Notes: generated from the sequence alone by a model not told the origin. Positions 8,399 to 17,263 are shown, counted from the stretch's first letter. The stretch is 64,000 bases of DNA from a bacterium (GCA_046160485.1 JBJXGV010000002.1:77380-141379); one strand, 5' to 3'. Made by a program: numbers and translations.

Positions 8399-9664
8399 TT
8401 AAGAGACACATGGACTTCTGTAGAGGCCTGGCAGAATGCGCTCCTCGTCGGTCGTGGGGAGCCCCGAGTTGAAGCGCTTTCTGCGTCGTAGAGTCTGCTC
8501 CTTGAGTCGCTGCCGCGCGGTCTGGATGTCGCGCCCGCGGCCGGTGTAGACGTCGGCGGGCGTGAGGTTGTCGAGCGCTTCGTGCGCGCGCTCGTGGTTG
8601 TAGTAGGTGACGAAGCGTTCGATCTCCGTTTCGAGTTCGCCGGGCAGGTAGTAGTTCTGCAGCAAGAGCCTGTTCTTGAGCGTGCGGTGGTAGCGCTCGA
8701 TCTTCCCCTGGGTCATCGGATGGTAAGGCCGCCCGCGCGTGTGGCTCATCCCCTGAGCATCGAGGTAAGCCGCGAGCTCCTTCGAGATGAAGCAGGAGCC
8801 GTTGTCGGAGAGAAGCCGCGGCCGGTGGTGGACCTGCGCGTGCGCCACGCCGGTCGTCGCGATCGCGTCGTCGAGGACGAGAGAGACGTCACTGGAAGCC
8901 ATCGTCGTGAAGAGCTTCCACGAGATGATGTAGCGGCTGTAGTCGTCGAGAACGGTGAGCAGGTAGTACCAGCCCCAGGCCGTGACGAGCAGGTACGTGA
9001 AGTCCGTCTGCCACAGCTCGTGAACGCGCTGCGTCGGCCGATCGAACTTGTCCTTCGCCGAGAGGACGATGTAGTCCGGGCTCGTCACGAGATCGAAGTC
9101 CTTCAGGATCCGGAACACGCTCGACTCCGAGACGAACAGCCCTTCGTTGTCCGTCACGTGAGTGGCTACCTCGCGCGGCGATAGCTCCGGCTTCGCGAGT
9201 GCGACATCGACGATCTGCTGCCGCTCCGTGTCGGGGATCCGGTTCCAGAACCGCCGCGACTGCGAGCGCGCCGGCGAGAGCCCGTCGAACCCCGCCTCCG
9301 CGTACGCCGCGTACCACCGGTAGAACGTGCTGCGCGACACATCGAGTTCGGCGAGCGTCTTGCGGACCGAGGCCTTCGAGCCCTCCACCAATCGGATCGT
9401 CTCCATCTTCTCGGAGGCCGTCGCTCTCACAGATCCTCTCCCGGATCTACGCCTCGCCCAATCAAGCTTTTTTTTAGAACCGTGTTCCGCATGTACAGCT
9501 CCGCGAGCTGCTGCTTGAGCTGGCTGTTCTCTTGGCGGAGACCCGTCACCTCGCCGCTCGTCGCCTCGCGCTGCGTGTCGCCCAACAACCGCCGCTTCCC
9601 AGCCTCGAGGAACTCCCGGCTCCACAGGTAGTACAGGTTCGGGCTGATCCCTTCGCGACGGCAC
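8399..9664 (-). CDS. IS3-family transposase OrfB (DDE / rve integrase core), expressed as an OrfAB fusion by -1 frameshift
   Basis: 'HELWQTDFTY...VLDDYSRYIISW...LLSDNGSCFIS...YNHERAHEAL' is a DDE triad context. The frame is -1 relative to orfA through the A8 run. Confidence 0.8.
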   Translation of the reverse strand: MPSRRDQPEPVLPVEPGVPRGWEAAVVGRHAARGDERRGDGSPPREQPAQAAARGAVHAEHGSKKKLDWARRRSGRGSVRATASEKMETIRLVEGSKASVRKTLAELDVSRSTFYRWYAAYAEAGFDGLSPARSQSRRFWNRIPDTERQQIVDVALAKPELSPREVATHVTDNEGLFVSESSVFRILKDFDLVTSPDYIVLSAKDKFDRPTQRVHELWQTDFTYLLVTAWGWYYLLTVLDDYSRYIISWKLFTTMASSDVSLVLDDAIATTGVAHAQVHHRPRLLSDNGSCFISKELAAYLDAQGMSHTRGRPYHPMTQGKIERYHRTLKNRLLLQNYYLPGELETEIERFVTYYNHERAHEALDNLTPADVYTGRGRDIQTARQRLKEQTLRRRKRFNSGLPTTDEERILPGLYRSPCVS

Positions 9665-9882
9665 AGCTCCGCGATCGTCGCCTCTCCCCGCAACCCTTCC
9701 AGTACGATGCGGATCTTCTCTTCGGCGCTGTACCGGCGCCGCGTCCGTCTGCGGATCTCCCGGACCTTCGCCTCCGGGCCCGACTTCTCTACGCGCGCCC
9801 CCTTCTCCGGCCGCGCGCTTCTCTCCCGATCGGAGTTCTCAACACTTTCAGATCGATCAGGCTTCTCGGTTCTCTCGGCCAT
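9427..9882 (-). CDS. IS3-family transposase OrfA (HTH plus leucine zipper)
   Basis: 151 aa, 'RRRYSAEEKIRIVLEGLRGEATIAELCRREGISPNLYYLWSREFLEAG' followed by heptad Leu repeats. The slippery site CUA AAA AAA AGC lies near its 3' end. Confidence 0.8.
   Translation of the reverse strand: MAERTEKPDRSESVENSDRERSARPEKGARVEKSGPEAKVREIRRRTRRRYSAEEKIRIVLEGLRGEATIAELCRREGISPNLYYLWSREFLEAGKRRLLGDTQREATSGEVTGLRQENSQLKQQLAELYMRNTVLKKSLIGRGVDPGEDL
9467..9476 (-). other. programmed -1 ribosomal frameshift slippery site (A AAA AAA G) joining orfA and orfB
   Basis: The plus strand shows cTTTTTTTTag. On the minus strand orfA reads CUA AAA AAA AGC (VLKKSL) and orfB reads UCU AAA AAA AAG CUU (SKKKL). Confidence 0.7.
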
Positions 9883-9954
9883 CGGACACCTCCTTCGGTA
9901 GCTCCAAGGCTACCCCGAAAGTGTCTCTTATTTTAGGCCTTGAAATGGTCCCAC

Positions 9955-11277
9955 TCAGGCTGACACGAAACACTCCTCACGGTCGCGGTCGAGGAACGAG
10001 TGGATCATTTGGTCAACGTCTGACTGGGGTGGGCGACCCAGGACTTGGTAGTAGCACGTCAGAGGTTTATCTAGGTCAAGAGTCTCGAATTCCAAGCGAG
10101 TCCGATGCAAAGTGCCGACCGCAATCTCTTTCTCGAAGTGGCCGACGACTTCGAGAAGATTGGTAAGGCCACCAGGCACGAACTGCGGATCTCGGCCGAC
10201 GTGGATACCGGATCGGCCGTCGAATCCGAGGTACCGACGATCCATCCCGACGAGAAACTCGACATCAGCGCGGTCCAGCGATTCCCGAAAGAGCTGAAGA
10301 GCGGACTCTCTGAGGCCGACTGTCGTTCGCCGCTCCACGTAATCGAGCAGGTTGCGAAGCACGCGCACCCGGAGTCCGAATACCCTCTCGCGGAGGGCCT
10401 CCAGTCGTCGAGCGTTCGCAGTCCTCAGCGGCGGTAGGATCGCGGCATCGTCGTAGCTGCATCCGATGCCGAGTTTCCTGCTGAGCGCCTCTGCCGCGCG
10501 TATCCAACGGTGCGGCTCAGGATCATCGAGCAACGAGGTCGGGGGTGCGGGACGGGTCGGATAGACTTCCTTTGGCGCATACCAGGGAATTCCGAAAAGG
10601 TCGAGTGGTCCTCGAATGACATGGGTGTCAAGCTTTGGGCTTCCGGCGATCTTGGAGGACCACACGAGTTCTTGATGCAGGGTGCCGCGTTCGCGCCAAT
10701 GCAGACTCCGAACTTCTTCGATGGAGGGTACTTCCAGAGTCGTGCGCTCGAACTCAACAGGGTACTTCGTGAAATAGAGTCGCCATAGATGCCAGTCTAG
10801 CCACGGGAAATCACGTTTTCGGTACTTCGGGAAGCCAGTCATCACGAGTGGCTCCCGATTCTCTTCCTGCTCGCGAATGAAAGACGCTGTGAGGCGATGA
10901 AGTTCCTGGAGCGAGTAAAAGGGAGTGAAGACGAACGGCGTCCCCGCACCGAACGTCAGATACTCAACGGCGGATTCCCGTTTCGATAGCTCGCCGAGGT
11001 TTGAAGTCTCGAAAGCGTGAAGCACGGCTTCGTGGTCCGAAGTCGCTCCGAGTGCTCGGTGCAGATTTGGTCTGAGAGACAGTCCGCGACGCGCGCCGAT
11101 TTCGTCTTCAGCTCTTACGGGTTTGCCACGCCCGTCCCGCACAGTCCGCGCGAGGATTCTTCTGACACGCGCCGAGTCGAGCCCGTAGTGTCCCGCGATT
11201 AGTTCGGTCTTCGCGTCGATCGCGACAGATACCGAGTAAGTTTTGTCAATCGGCTGCCGGGCCATTGGTCCATCCAA
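9955..11277 (-). CDS. hypothetical protein (440 aa), no recognisable domain; its stop codon lies 2 bp from the IS end
   Basis: Long uninterrupted ORF in a high-GC context with plausible codon usage. Weak RBS before Met5 (11265). No motif I can assign. Confidence 0.45.
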   Translation of the reverse strand: MDGPMARQPIDKTYSVSVAIDAKTELIAGHYGLDSARVRRILARTVRDGRGKPVRAEDEIGARRGLSLRPNLHRALGATSDHEAVLHAFETSNLGELSKRESAVEYLTFGAGTPFVFTPFYSLQELHRLTASFIREQEENREPLVMTGFPKYRKRDFPWLDWHLWRLYFTKYPVEFERTTLEVPSIEEVRSLHWRERGTLHQELVWSSKIAGSPKLDTHVIRGPLDLFGIPWYAPKEVYPTRPAPPTSLLDDPEPHRWIRAAEALSRKLGIGCSYDDAAILPPLRTANARRLEALRERVFGLRVRVLRNLLDYVERRTTVGLRESALQLFRESLDRADVEFLVGMDRRYLGFDGRSGIHVGRDPQFVPGGLTNLLEVVGHFEKEIAVGTLHRTRLEFETLDLDKPLTCYYQVLGRPPQSDVDQMIHSFLDRDREECFVSA

Positions 11278-11586
11278 TCGCGGGAGGAAATTTGCGCGCG
11301 GATGCTGCCAGCGGCGCGCGCCCGCGTCAAGGGGGAGGACGCTATTTCACTCGCTCATAACGCCTTGCGCAAATAGCTCGCCCGTGTCGATCTCCACGAG
11401 GAGTGCTTCGAAGTCGGGCATGGGAGCGAGTAGCGCGGTTCGGAACGCGTCGACGAAGGGGTACCATTTGCGACGAGCCCCTCGACCGCGATGTCGAGGG
11501 GCTTTTTGTATTGCGCCGCGATTCCCGTAGCGATTCCCGATTCAGGCGCCGCGGGACAATCGAGCTCTCCCTCGGAGCCGAATGAC

Positions 11587-13128
11587 CTAGGTCGCGGCGT
11601 CCTCTCCGGGGGCGAGACCGCACGCCTTCATCTTGCGGTGCATCTGGAAGCGGCTCCAGCCGAAGGTCGCGGCAGCGGCTGTGACATTCCAGCCGCTCGC
11701 ATCGAGCGCGGCGCGTACGGCGTCGCAGCTCGTCTCCTCCGGTGCCGCCTTCGCCGCGAGCGTGCGCGATTTCGTTCGTCCGCCGGGGAGCCGCAGCTCC
11801 TTGCGCAAGTCGGGCGTGAGTTCGATACGATCCGCGGTGCTGGAAAAAAGGGCGATTAACAACAGGCGTTCGAGTTCGCGCATGTTTGTCGTGTAGTCAT
11901 GGCGGAGGAGCGCGTCGATCAACTCGAGGCTCACGCGGTAGGCGCCGCTGGTCGCGGGAGCTTCCGTGAATCGCTCCACGACCGACTTCTCCCCGTCGCG
12001 CCGCGCCATCGTCCGAAGCAAGTGGACAACGAAAAGAGGAATGTCTTCGCGTCGCGTGTTCAGCCCCGTGACCGCGAGCGACACCTTCAGACGCGCGAGC
12101 AGGTCCTCCTTGATTTCGCTAAGCGGCCGGTTGGTCGCGGCGACCAAACGAAAGTCCGACGCGAGCGCTTCGTCGACACCGAGCCGCCGGTACTCGCCGC
12201 CGTCGTCGAGAACGCGCAAGAGTTTTCCCTGCAGTTCGATCGGGAGTTGGCCGAGCTCATCGAGAAAGAGCGTCGAGCCGTGCGCCTCTCCGATGAGGCC
12301 GCGCCGTTCAGGCGTTCCCGGGTTCGGGTAGTCCTGCCGGTTGCCAAAGAGCTCGGCTTCGATGAGCGACGGTGGGATTCCGCTGGCGTTTTGCGCGACG
12401 ACCGCGCGCCGCGCGCGCGGCGAGATGTTGTGAATCGCGAGCGCCGTGAGTTCCTTGCCGCTTCCGCTCGGTCCGTGCACGACGACGTGCTGCGTGACTT
12501 GCCCGGCGAAGCCGATCCGGTCGCGCAGCGCCCACGCGGCTGGGCTCTCGCCGACGATGCCGTCGTCGTCTGGGGAGCCGAAACGCGCGGCGCGCCCGGC
12601 CGGATAGAATCGCGGCGCGTCGAGACGCGACGGGCGCGGCGTACTAAGAAAGAGCGCGGAATCGCCGATCGAAATCGTCTCGCCCGGTTCGAGCACGGTC
12701 GACTCGCCTCGTGCAAGCTCGCGTTCCGTATTGATCCGCACGCGCGCCTTGCCGGCGTTTCTGACGCGGATGCCCGCGGCGGGGGCGGCTTGGAGCTCGA
12801 GCTGGACGCGAGACACATACGCGGGCATCTCTAACGGAAGGCCGACGCGCAGATCGCCGGGCCGCACGCGCGCGGGAGCGAGAACATCGTGCCCGGCGTA
12901 GTCGAAGTCGGCGTCGAAGCGGCCGATCACGCCGGGTTTATCGCCCCGGCGGCCGCCGATGAAGATGACCTCGCCGACGCGGTGCGGTTCGTTGTTCGAC
13001 CAGACGACGACGAGCGATGCGACGAGAGCGGCGGAAGGATCCGCCGCCGCTTCGCCAGGCGAATCCGCCGGTGCGTCGAGCGTTTCTTTTCGCGGGTCTT
13101 GCGAACGCCCCGCCGTGTCCGAGATCAC
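11587..13128 (-). CDS. sigma54-dependent transcriptional activator with N-terminal FHA domain and C-terminal Fis-type HTH (bacterial enhancer-binding protein, bEBP)
   Basis: Walker A 'VHGPSGSGKE', 'EAELFGN' (ESELFGH/GAFTGA region) and 'FRLVAATNR'. An FHA-like N-terminus (HRVGEVIFIGGRRGDKP...). A C-terminal HTH 'ATFGWSRFQMHRKMKACGL'. Confidence 0.8.
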   Translation of the reverse strand: MISDTAGRSQDPRKETLDAPADSPGEAAADPSAALVASLVVVWSNNEPHRVGEVIFIGGRRGDKPGVIGRFDADFDYAGHDVLAPARVRPGDLRVGLPLEMPAYVSRVQLELQAAPAAGIRVRNAGKARVRINTERELARGESTVLEPGETISIGDSALFLSTPRPSRLDAPRFYPAGRAARFGSPDDDGIVGESPAAWALRDRIGFAGQVTQHVVVHGPSGSGKELTALAIHNISPRARRAVVAQNASGIPPSLIEAELFGNRQDYPNPGTPERRGLIGEAHGSTLFLDELGQLPIELQGKLLRVLDDGGEYRRLGVDEALASDFRLVAATNRPLSEIKEDLLARLKVSLAVTGLNTRREDIPLFVVHLLRTMARRDGEKSVVERFTEAPATSGAYRVSLELIDALLRHDYTTNMRELERLLLIALFSSTADRIELTPDLRKELRLPGGRTKSRTLAAKAAPEETSCDAVRAALDASGWNVTAAAATFGWSRFQMHRKMKACGLAPGEDAAT

Positions 13129-13280
13129 GCGCTCCCTTTCGTCTTGGCCGAGAGCGCCGACATCGCTTCGCCCTCTTAAACGAGTTCGACTCTATCGCAC
13201 TTCTTTGACCCGAGCCCACGGCATAATGCCGTCACTCACTCCCGTCACGAGCGTCGCGAGCTGCTCTTGCGTCCCGAAGG

Positions 13281-13320
13281 TGTGCGCACAGGCTCGCCCG
13301 CACATCGAACGTGTGCGCAC
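13281..13320 (+). promoter_or_regulatory. pair of 10-bp palindromes TGTGCGCACA / GTGTGCGCAC spaced ~30 bp, candidate upstream activator sequence (UAS) for the divergent bEBP
   Basis: Perfect self-complementary GTGCGCAC cores at 13282-13289 and 13312-13319, ~90-100 bp upstream of the sigma54 -24 element. Confidence 0.45.
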
Positions 13321-13375
13321 GCCTCCGTTCGCGCGCTAACTTCCGCATCCACACTGCGGCAACAGGACCGCGGAT

Positions 13376-13391
13376 TGGCGCGCCGGTTGCG
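13376..13391 (+). promoter_or_regulatory. sigma54 (RpoN) -24/-12 promoter TGGCGCG-N4-TTGCG upstream of the beta-helix Por-tail gene
   Basis: GG at 13377-78 and GC at 13389-90 with exact 10-nt spacing. 11 of 13 consensus positions of TGGCACG-N4-TTGCW match. ~95 nt upstream of ATG 13484. Confidence 0.55.
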
Positions 13392-13483
13392 TTGTGCCTC
13401 CGCGATCGCACTCGCGCAGCCGGCATCGACCGGGCGCCGCGCACCCACGAACACGACTCGCGCAAATTGCCGGAGGGAATGAG

Positions 13484-16400
13484 ATGACGACAACATGGAT
13501 TCAACTCGCAACGAGTACGCTCGACCGCATGCCGGTGGTTCGGCGCCTGGGCGCACGAGTCCGCCGCATCGCGATCATCGTGGCGGGCATCACGCTTCTC
13601 GCTGCGGGTGCGATCGGCGCGAGCATGACCGCGCTCTCGTGGAACAACGCGGGCGGCGGGGCTGCGGCGACGGCGGCGAATTGGGCCCCGGCGCAAGTTC
13701 CGACGTCGTCCGACGACCTGACGTTCAACCTCAACAACACGTACACGGTGACGTACAACTCGAGCGTCCCGTCGAGCCGCAGCCACACCTATAGGCAAGG
13801 CATCGTCACTCTCTCCGCGACGAGCCCGCACACGGTGACGAATGGCATCGTCGTCGGTAGCGCGAGCGGCGACATCGCGACTGCGACGCTCACCACGGGA
13901 ACCGTCACGAGCGGCAACATCGTCGGCAACGGCGCCGTCACGGTCGCGAGCGCGTCCGGCAGCATCGGCACGCTCAACGTGAACGACGACGACGCGGATC
14001 TCATCTTGGCAACGTCGACCGGCGACCTGACTGTCGCCGCCGGCGGCGCCGGACTTCTCAACGTCACGAACGGCGGGCTCGTTCAAGTGGCGGACAGATT
14101 TACCGTAGGAAGCAACAGCACGTCATCGTCGACCGTCACGGTGAGCGGCTTCAGCGTCGCGCCCGTGGGGCGCTCGACGCTCATCGTGAATGGCACGGGG
14201 CCCGCGGCAGCGATTGGCGCCGGCGGCGATGTCGTTATGACTGTGAACACAGGAGCGCTCGCCGACTTCGCGGGCGACGTCAACGTCGCGCAGGGGAGCG
14301 CCTCGACGTCGACGCTGTCGGTCGCGGGCGTAGGCCTTGTCGATGCGCAGATCGATGTCGGCGGCGACTTGAACATCGGGCGCAACCAGGCGGGTGGCTC
14401 CGCGGGCGGCGTCGGGACGGTCAACGTGAACGCCGACGCTGCGCTCAACGTCGCCGGCACTCTCAACGTCGCGGGCGATCCGGACGGCGGCACGGGAACG
14501 CTCCACCTCGCGGATGGCGGCGCGATCACGGCAGGCTCTTTCGCCGTCGGCCCGGGCGGTACGCTCGATCTCGACGGCGGCGCGCTCGACGTCAACGGCG
14601 GCACCTTCACGTTCACGAATCCCGCCGTCGATTTCGTGCTCGGCGGCGTCGATAGTCCGGCGGTAACGCTCACGAGTGCAGACGCGACGTTTCAGGCCAA
14701 CGCGACGACCACAGCGCTCACCGTCGGCGGGGGCGCAGGCTCAAACCCCGCCGGCCTCACCTTACTCGCCGGCTCCACGCTGACGATTCCAGCGGGCGAT
14801 ATCGTGCTCGGCCAAACCTCGGACAACGCCTTCCTCTATTTCGATAGCGCGGATCTCAACATGCCGACCACCGCGAAACTCATCGTTGGGCAATCGGCTA
14901 AGGCGCGGATCGAGGCGAGGAGCGGCACGAACATGACGGGCGGCGACGTCTTCATCGGTCAGAACGCGGGCTCAGATGGACGTCTCGTGATGAATGTCGG
15001 CACCAATGCAGCAAGCTTTCAGCGCGTGTACGTTGGCGGCTCGAACACCGCTGCCGGGGGAACCGGATGGCTCAAGATCGACACCGGCTCCGTTCTCAAC
15101 GCCAACGACACAGCCGTCAACGTCAAGGTCTGGCCTTCGGGGACTCTCGATGTCAGCGGCACGCTCAATTCCCCCAGCGTCATTCAGGTCCTCGGGAGTG
15201 CGCGCGTGTTCGACGGAGGCGCAATCAACGCATCGACGATGCTCGTCGAGAGCGGGGGCGAGTTATTCGGCCTTCAAGGGTCGGTCGCCGCGAACGTTCA
15301 GGCGAATTCGGGCTCGCTCATCACCGTCGGATCCCAAAGCCTGACGCTGGGCAACGCGGCGAGCGGGAGCGGCTTCGTCAACAACGGCACACTCGCCATC
15401 AACAGCGGGGTCGCGACCATTCTCGACGCGAACACGGCGAACGTGAACACCGCGTCGCTCGCCGGAGGAACGCTCGTCGTCCCCAACGGCGCGACGCTCG
15501 CGAACGGCACCACGCTCTCCGGACACGGCACCGTCGACGCCGACGTCGCGAACTTCGGCACGATCATCGCGGCGGACAGCGGGCTCGTGTTCAAGGGCGT
15601 CGTGAACGGCGTCGGCCAGGGATTCTTCGGGACGCGCGTCTCGTTCATCGAGGGCGGCGGCTTCACGGGGACCGGCGGAATCGTCGCTGACATCACCGGC
15701 GATTCCACGTCGCTGATCACGCCGACGGGCAGTTTGACACTAGGGAACGCGTCGAGCACGTCCGGCATCGACTTCGACGGAGCGCTCAACGTCGCGAACC
15801 GCAGCGTCACGCTGTTCGACGCGGACCTCTCGGCGCTCGGGGGCCCCGTGACGATTGGTGCCGGGGGCACGCTCGCCACCTCGAACGGGTTGTTGCTCAA
15901 GAACGGCGGATCGATCACGGGCTCGGGCTCCGTAAACACCAGGCTGACCGGTGAACTCGGATCGAGCATCGTGGCTACGGGACCGCTCGCGATCGGACTC
16001 ATCGCGGATTCCTTGGCCATGCAAACGGAAAGCAGGATCGACGCAGGCGCCTTCACCCTCACTCTGCGCGCAGCAGACGTGCGACTGAGACGAGCCACGA
16101 CGATTGCGGGTGGCACACTCCTGCTCGATAGCCCCGACCCCGCTGGTGTGTTCATCTTCCTTGGCGGCAGCAGCCTCATCGGATCTGGCGTGCTCGCCAA
16201 CGGCTCCGTCTTTACGCAACCCGGAGCCGTGATCACCGCAAGCGGCACGCTCACGATGGGGCGCTCCGATACGGGATCCGGATTCGACGCAAGAGGCGCG
16301 CTGAACGTCGGCCCGCACATCGTCAACCTCCTCGACCCGGCGTTCGGAGAACTCGGATCGCTCACGACCATCGACGGCGGCACGATCACATGCAACAAGG

Positions 16401-17239
16401 ATCTCGAGATCGCCGGCGCCCCGCTCGCGGACGTCGTGCGCGGCACGGGTGAGATCGTCGCAAGTTCGCTCTTTCGCAGTCTCTCCAACAGCATCGTCGA
16501 ACCTGGCAATCCGATCGGCACGCTGACGGTCGGACAGAACTTCGAGCAACAGGTCGGCGGCGAGCTTTCGATCGAACTTGGCGGGGCGGGCGCGCTCGCC
16601 GGCAATCCTGGCGAGCCCCGCGAGGGCGTGAGCAAGAGCGGTAGCGTCGTGTGGGATCAGTTGATCGTGCCGGGGACGGCGACGATCGCGGGCACGCTGC
16701 GCGTCGCGCAACTCCCCGGACTCGTCGTCGCCACGGGCGACAGCTTTCCGATTCTCTCGTGCGGCGCACTCGTCGGGACATTCGGCGTCGTCGTGTTCGA
16801 CGATCCGTATCTCGACAACGCGTTCGACGTTGTCTACACACCGACCGCGGTCGTTCTCGTCGCGCGAGCGACGACGGGCGTCGATCTGCCGCCGATCGGT
16901 GACGCGAGCGATGACGATGACTCCGACGATGGCGGCGTGATCGCCGGCGCGATTCCCGCGAGCTACGGCTTGCGCGTGAGCGGCCGCAATCCGTTCAGCG
17001 CGTCCGACGGCGCCGCGTTCGAATACGACGTGCCGCGCTCGAGCGCACCGGTCGCGATCTCGGTCTTCGACGTGAGCGGGCGGCGCATCGCGGATCTCGT
17101 GAGCGGCGCGCAGTTCGCGGGAACGCACGCCGCGAGCTGGCGCGGCGGCGAACTCAACGCGCTCCCCTCCGGCGTCTACTTCCTACGAATGGACGCAGCG
17201 GGCTTCGGCGAAACGAAAAGGCTCGTGCTCCTCAGGTAA
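13484..17239 (+). CDS. large secreted parallel beta-helix (adhesin/pectate-lyase-like repeat) protein with an acidic linker and a C-terminal Por_Secre_tail/FlgD-Ig-like domain
   Basis: RBS GGAGGGAATGAG then ATG. Signal/TM segment 'IAIIVAGITLLAAGAIGA'. Dozens of Gly/Thr/Asn-rich ~25-aa turns (GGAGLLNVTNGGLVQVA...). A 'DASDDDDSDDGG' linker. The C-terminus reads 'ISVFDVSGRRIADL...GVYFLRM...RLVLLR'. Confidence 0.7.
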   Translation: MTTTWIQLATSTLDRMPVVRRLGARVRRIAIIVAGITLLAAGAIGASMTALSWNNAGGGAAATAANWAPAQVPTSSDDLTFNLNNTYTVTYNSSVPSSRSHTYRQGIVTLSATSPHTVTNGIVVGSASGDIATATLTTGTVTSGNIVGNGAVTVASASGSIGTLNVNDDDADLILATSTGDLTVAAGGAGLLNVTNGGLVQVADRFTVGSNSTSSSTVTVSGFSVAPVGRSTLIVNGTGPAAAIGAGGDVVMTVNTGALADFAGDVNVAQGSASTSTLSVAGVGLVDAQIDVGGDLNIGRNQAGGSAGGVGTVNVNADAALNVAGTLNVAGDPDGGTGTLHLADGGAITAGSFAVGPGGTLDLDGGALDVNGGTFTFTNPAVDFVLGGVDSPAVTLTSADATFQANATTTALTVGGGAGSNPAGLTLLAGSTLTIPAGDIVLGQTSDNAFLYFDSADLNMPTTAKLIVGQSAKARIEARSGTNMTGGDVFIGQNAGSDGRLVMNVGTNAASFQRVYVGGSNTAAGGTGWLKIDTGSVLNANDTAVNVKVWPSGTLDVSGTLNSPSVIQVLGSARVFDGGAINASTMLVESGGELFGLQGSVAANVQANSGSLITVGSQSLTLGNAASGSGFVNNGTLAINSGVATILDANTANVNTASLAGGTLVVPNGATLANGTTLSGHGTVDADVANFGTIIAADSGLVFKGVVNGVGQGFFGTRVSFIEGGGFTGTGGIVADITGDSTSLITPTGSLTLGNASSTSGIDFDGALNVANRSVTLFDADLSALGGPVTIGAGGTLATSNGLLLKNGGSITGSGSVNTRLTGELGSSIVATGPLAIGLIADSLAMQTESRIDAGAFTLTLRAADVRLRRATTIAGGTLLLDSPDPAGVFIFLGGSSLIGSGVLANGSVFTQPGAVITASGTLTMGRSDTGSGFDARGALNVGPHIVNLLDPAFGELGSLTTIDGGTITCNKDLEIAGAPLADVVRGTGEIVASSLFRSLSNSIVEPGNPIGTLTVGQNFEQQVGGELSIELGGAGALAGNPGEPREGVSKSGSVVWDQLIVPGTATIAGTLRVAQLPGLVVATGDSFPILSCGALVGTFGVVVFDDPYLDNAFDVVYTPTAVVLVARATTGVDLPPIGDASDDDDSDDGGVIAGAIPASYGLRVSGRNPFSASDGAAFEYDVPRSSAPVAISVFDVSGRRIADLVSGAQFAGTHAASWRGGELNALPSGVYFLRMDAAGFGETKRLVLLR

Positions 17240-17263
17240 TCCCGGCAACAGCTCAGTGACGAG

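Larger units (their letters stand above)
8378..9953 (-). mobile_element. IS3-family insertion sequence (~1.58 kb) with imperfect ~35-bp terminal inverted repeats (TGGGAC...GTCCCA)
   Basis: Left end TGGGACTTTTGGGGCCTGGAATTAAGAGACAC at 8378.. matches the reverse complement of the right end ...GTGTCTCTTATTTTAGGCCTTGAAATGGTCCCA at ..9953. It contains orfA, orfB and a slippery A-run. Confidence 0.8.

Noticed and set aside
8370-9960. Target-site duplication flanking the IS
   Set aside because: Flanks read accacaa|IS|ctcaggc with no matching 3-4-bp repeat. I did not force a TSD call and instead read this as support for an adjacent deletion.
9955-11277. Idea that the 440-aa protein is the missing N-terminal half of McrB
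   Set aside because: It contains no Walker A or other AAA+ motif. Its frame and stop codon are unrelated to the mcrB frame that resumes after the IS. The missing McrB part is more simply explained by IS-associated deletion.
15298-17128. 445-aa and 462-aa antisense ORFs across the beta-helix gene; similarly 11899..12834 (+) opposite the bEBP, 21524..22774 (-) and 55917..57041 (-)
   Set aside because: They lie opposite or out of frame to genes with strong domain signatures. Their translations are Arg/Pro/Ala-rich without motifs and they lack RBSs. This is a high-GC artefact.
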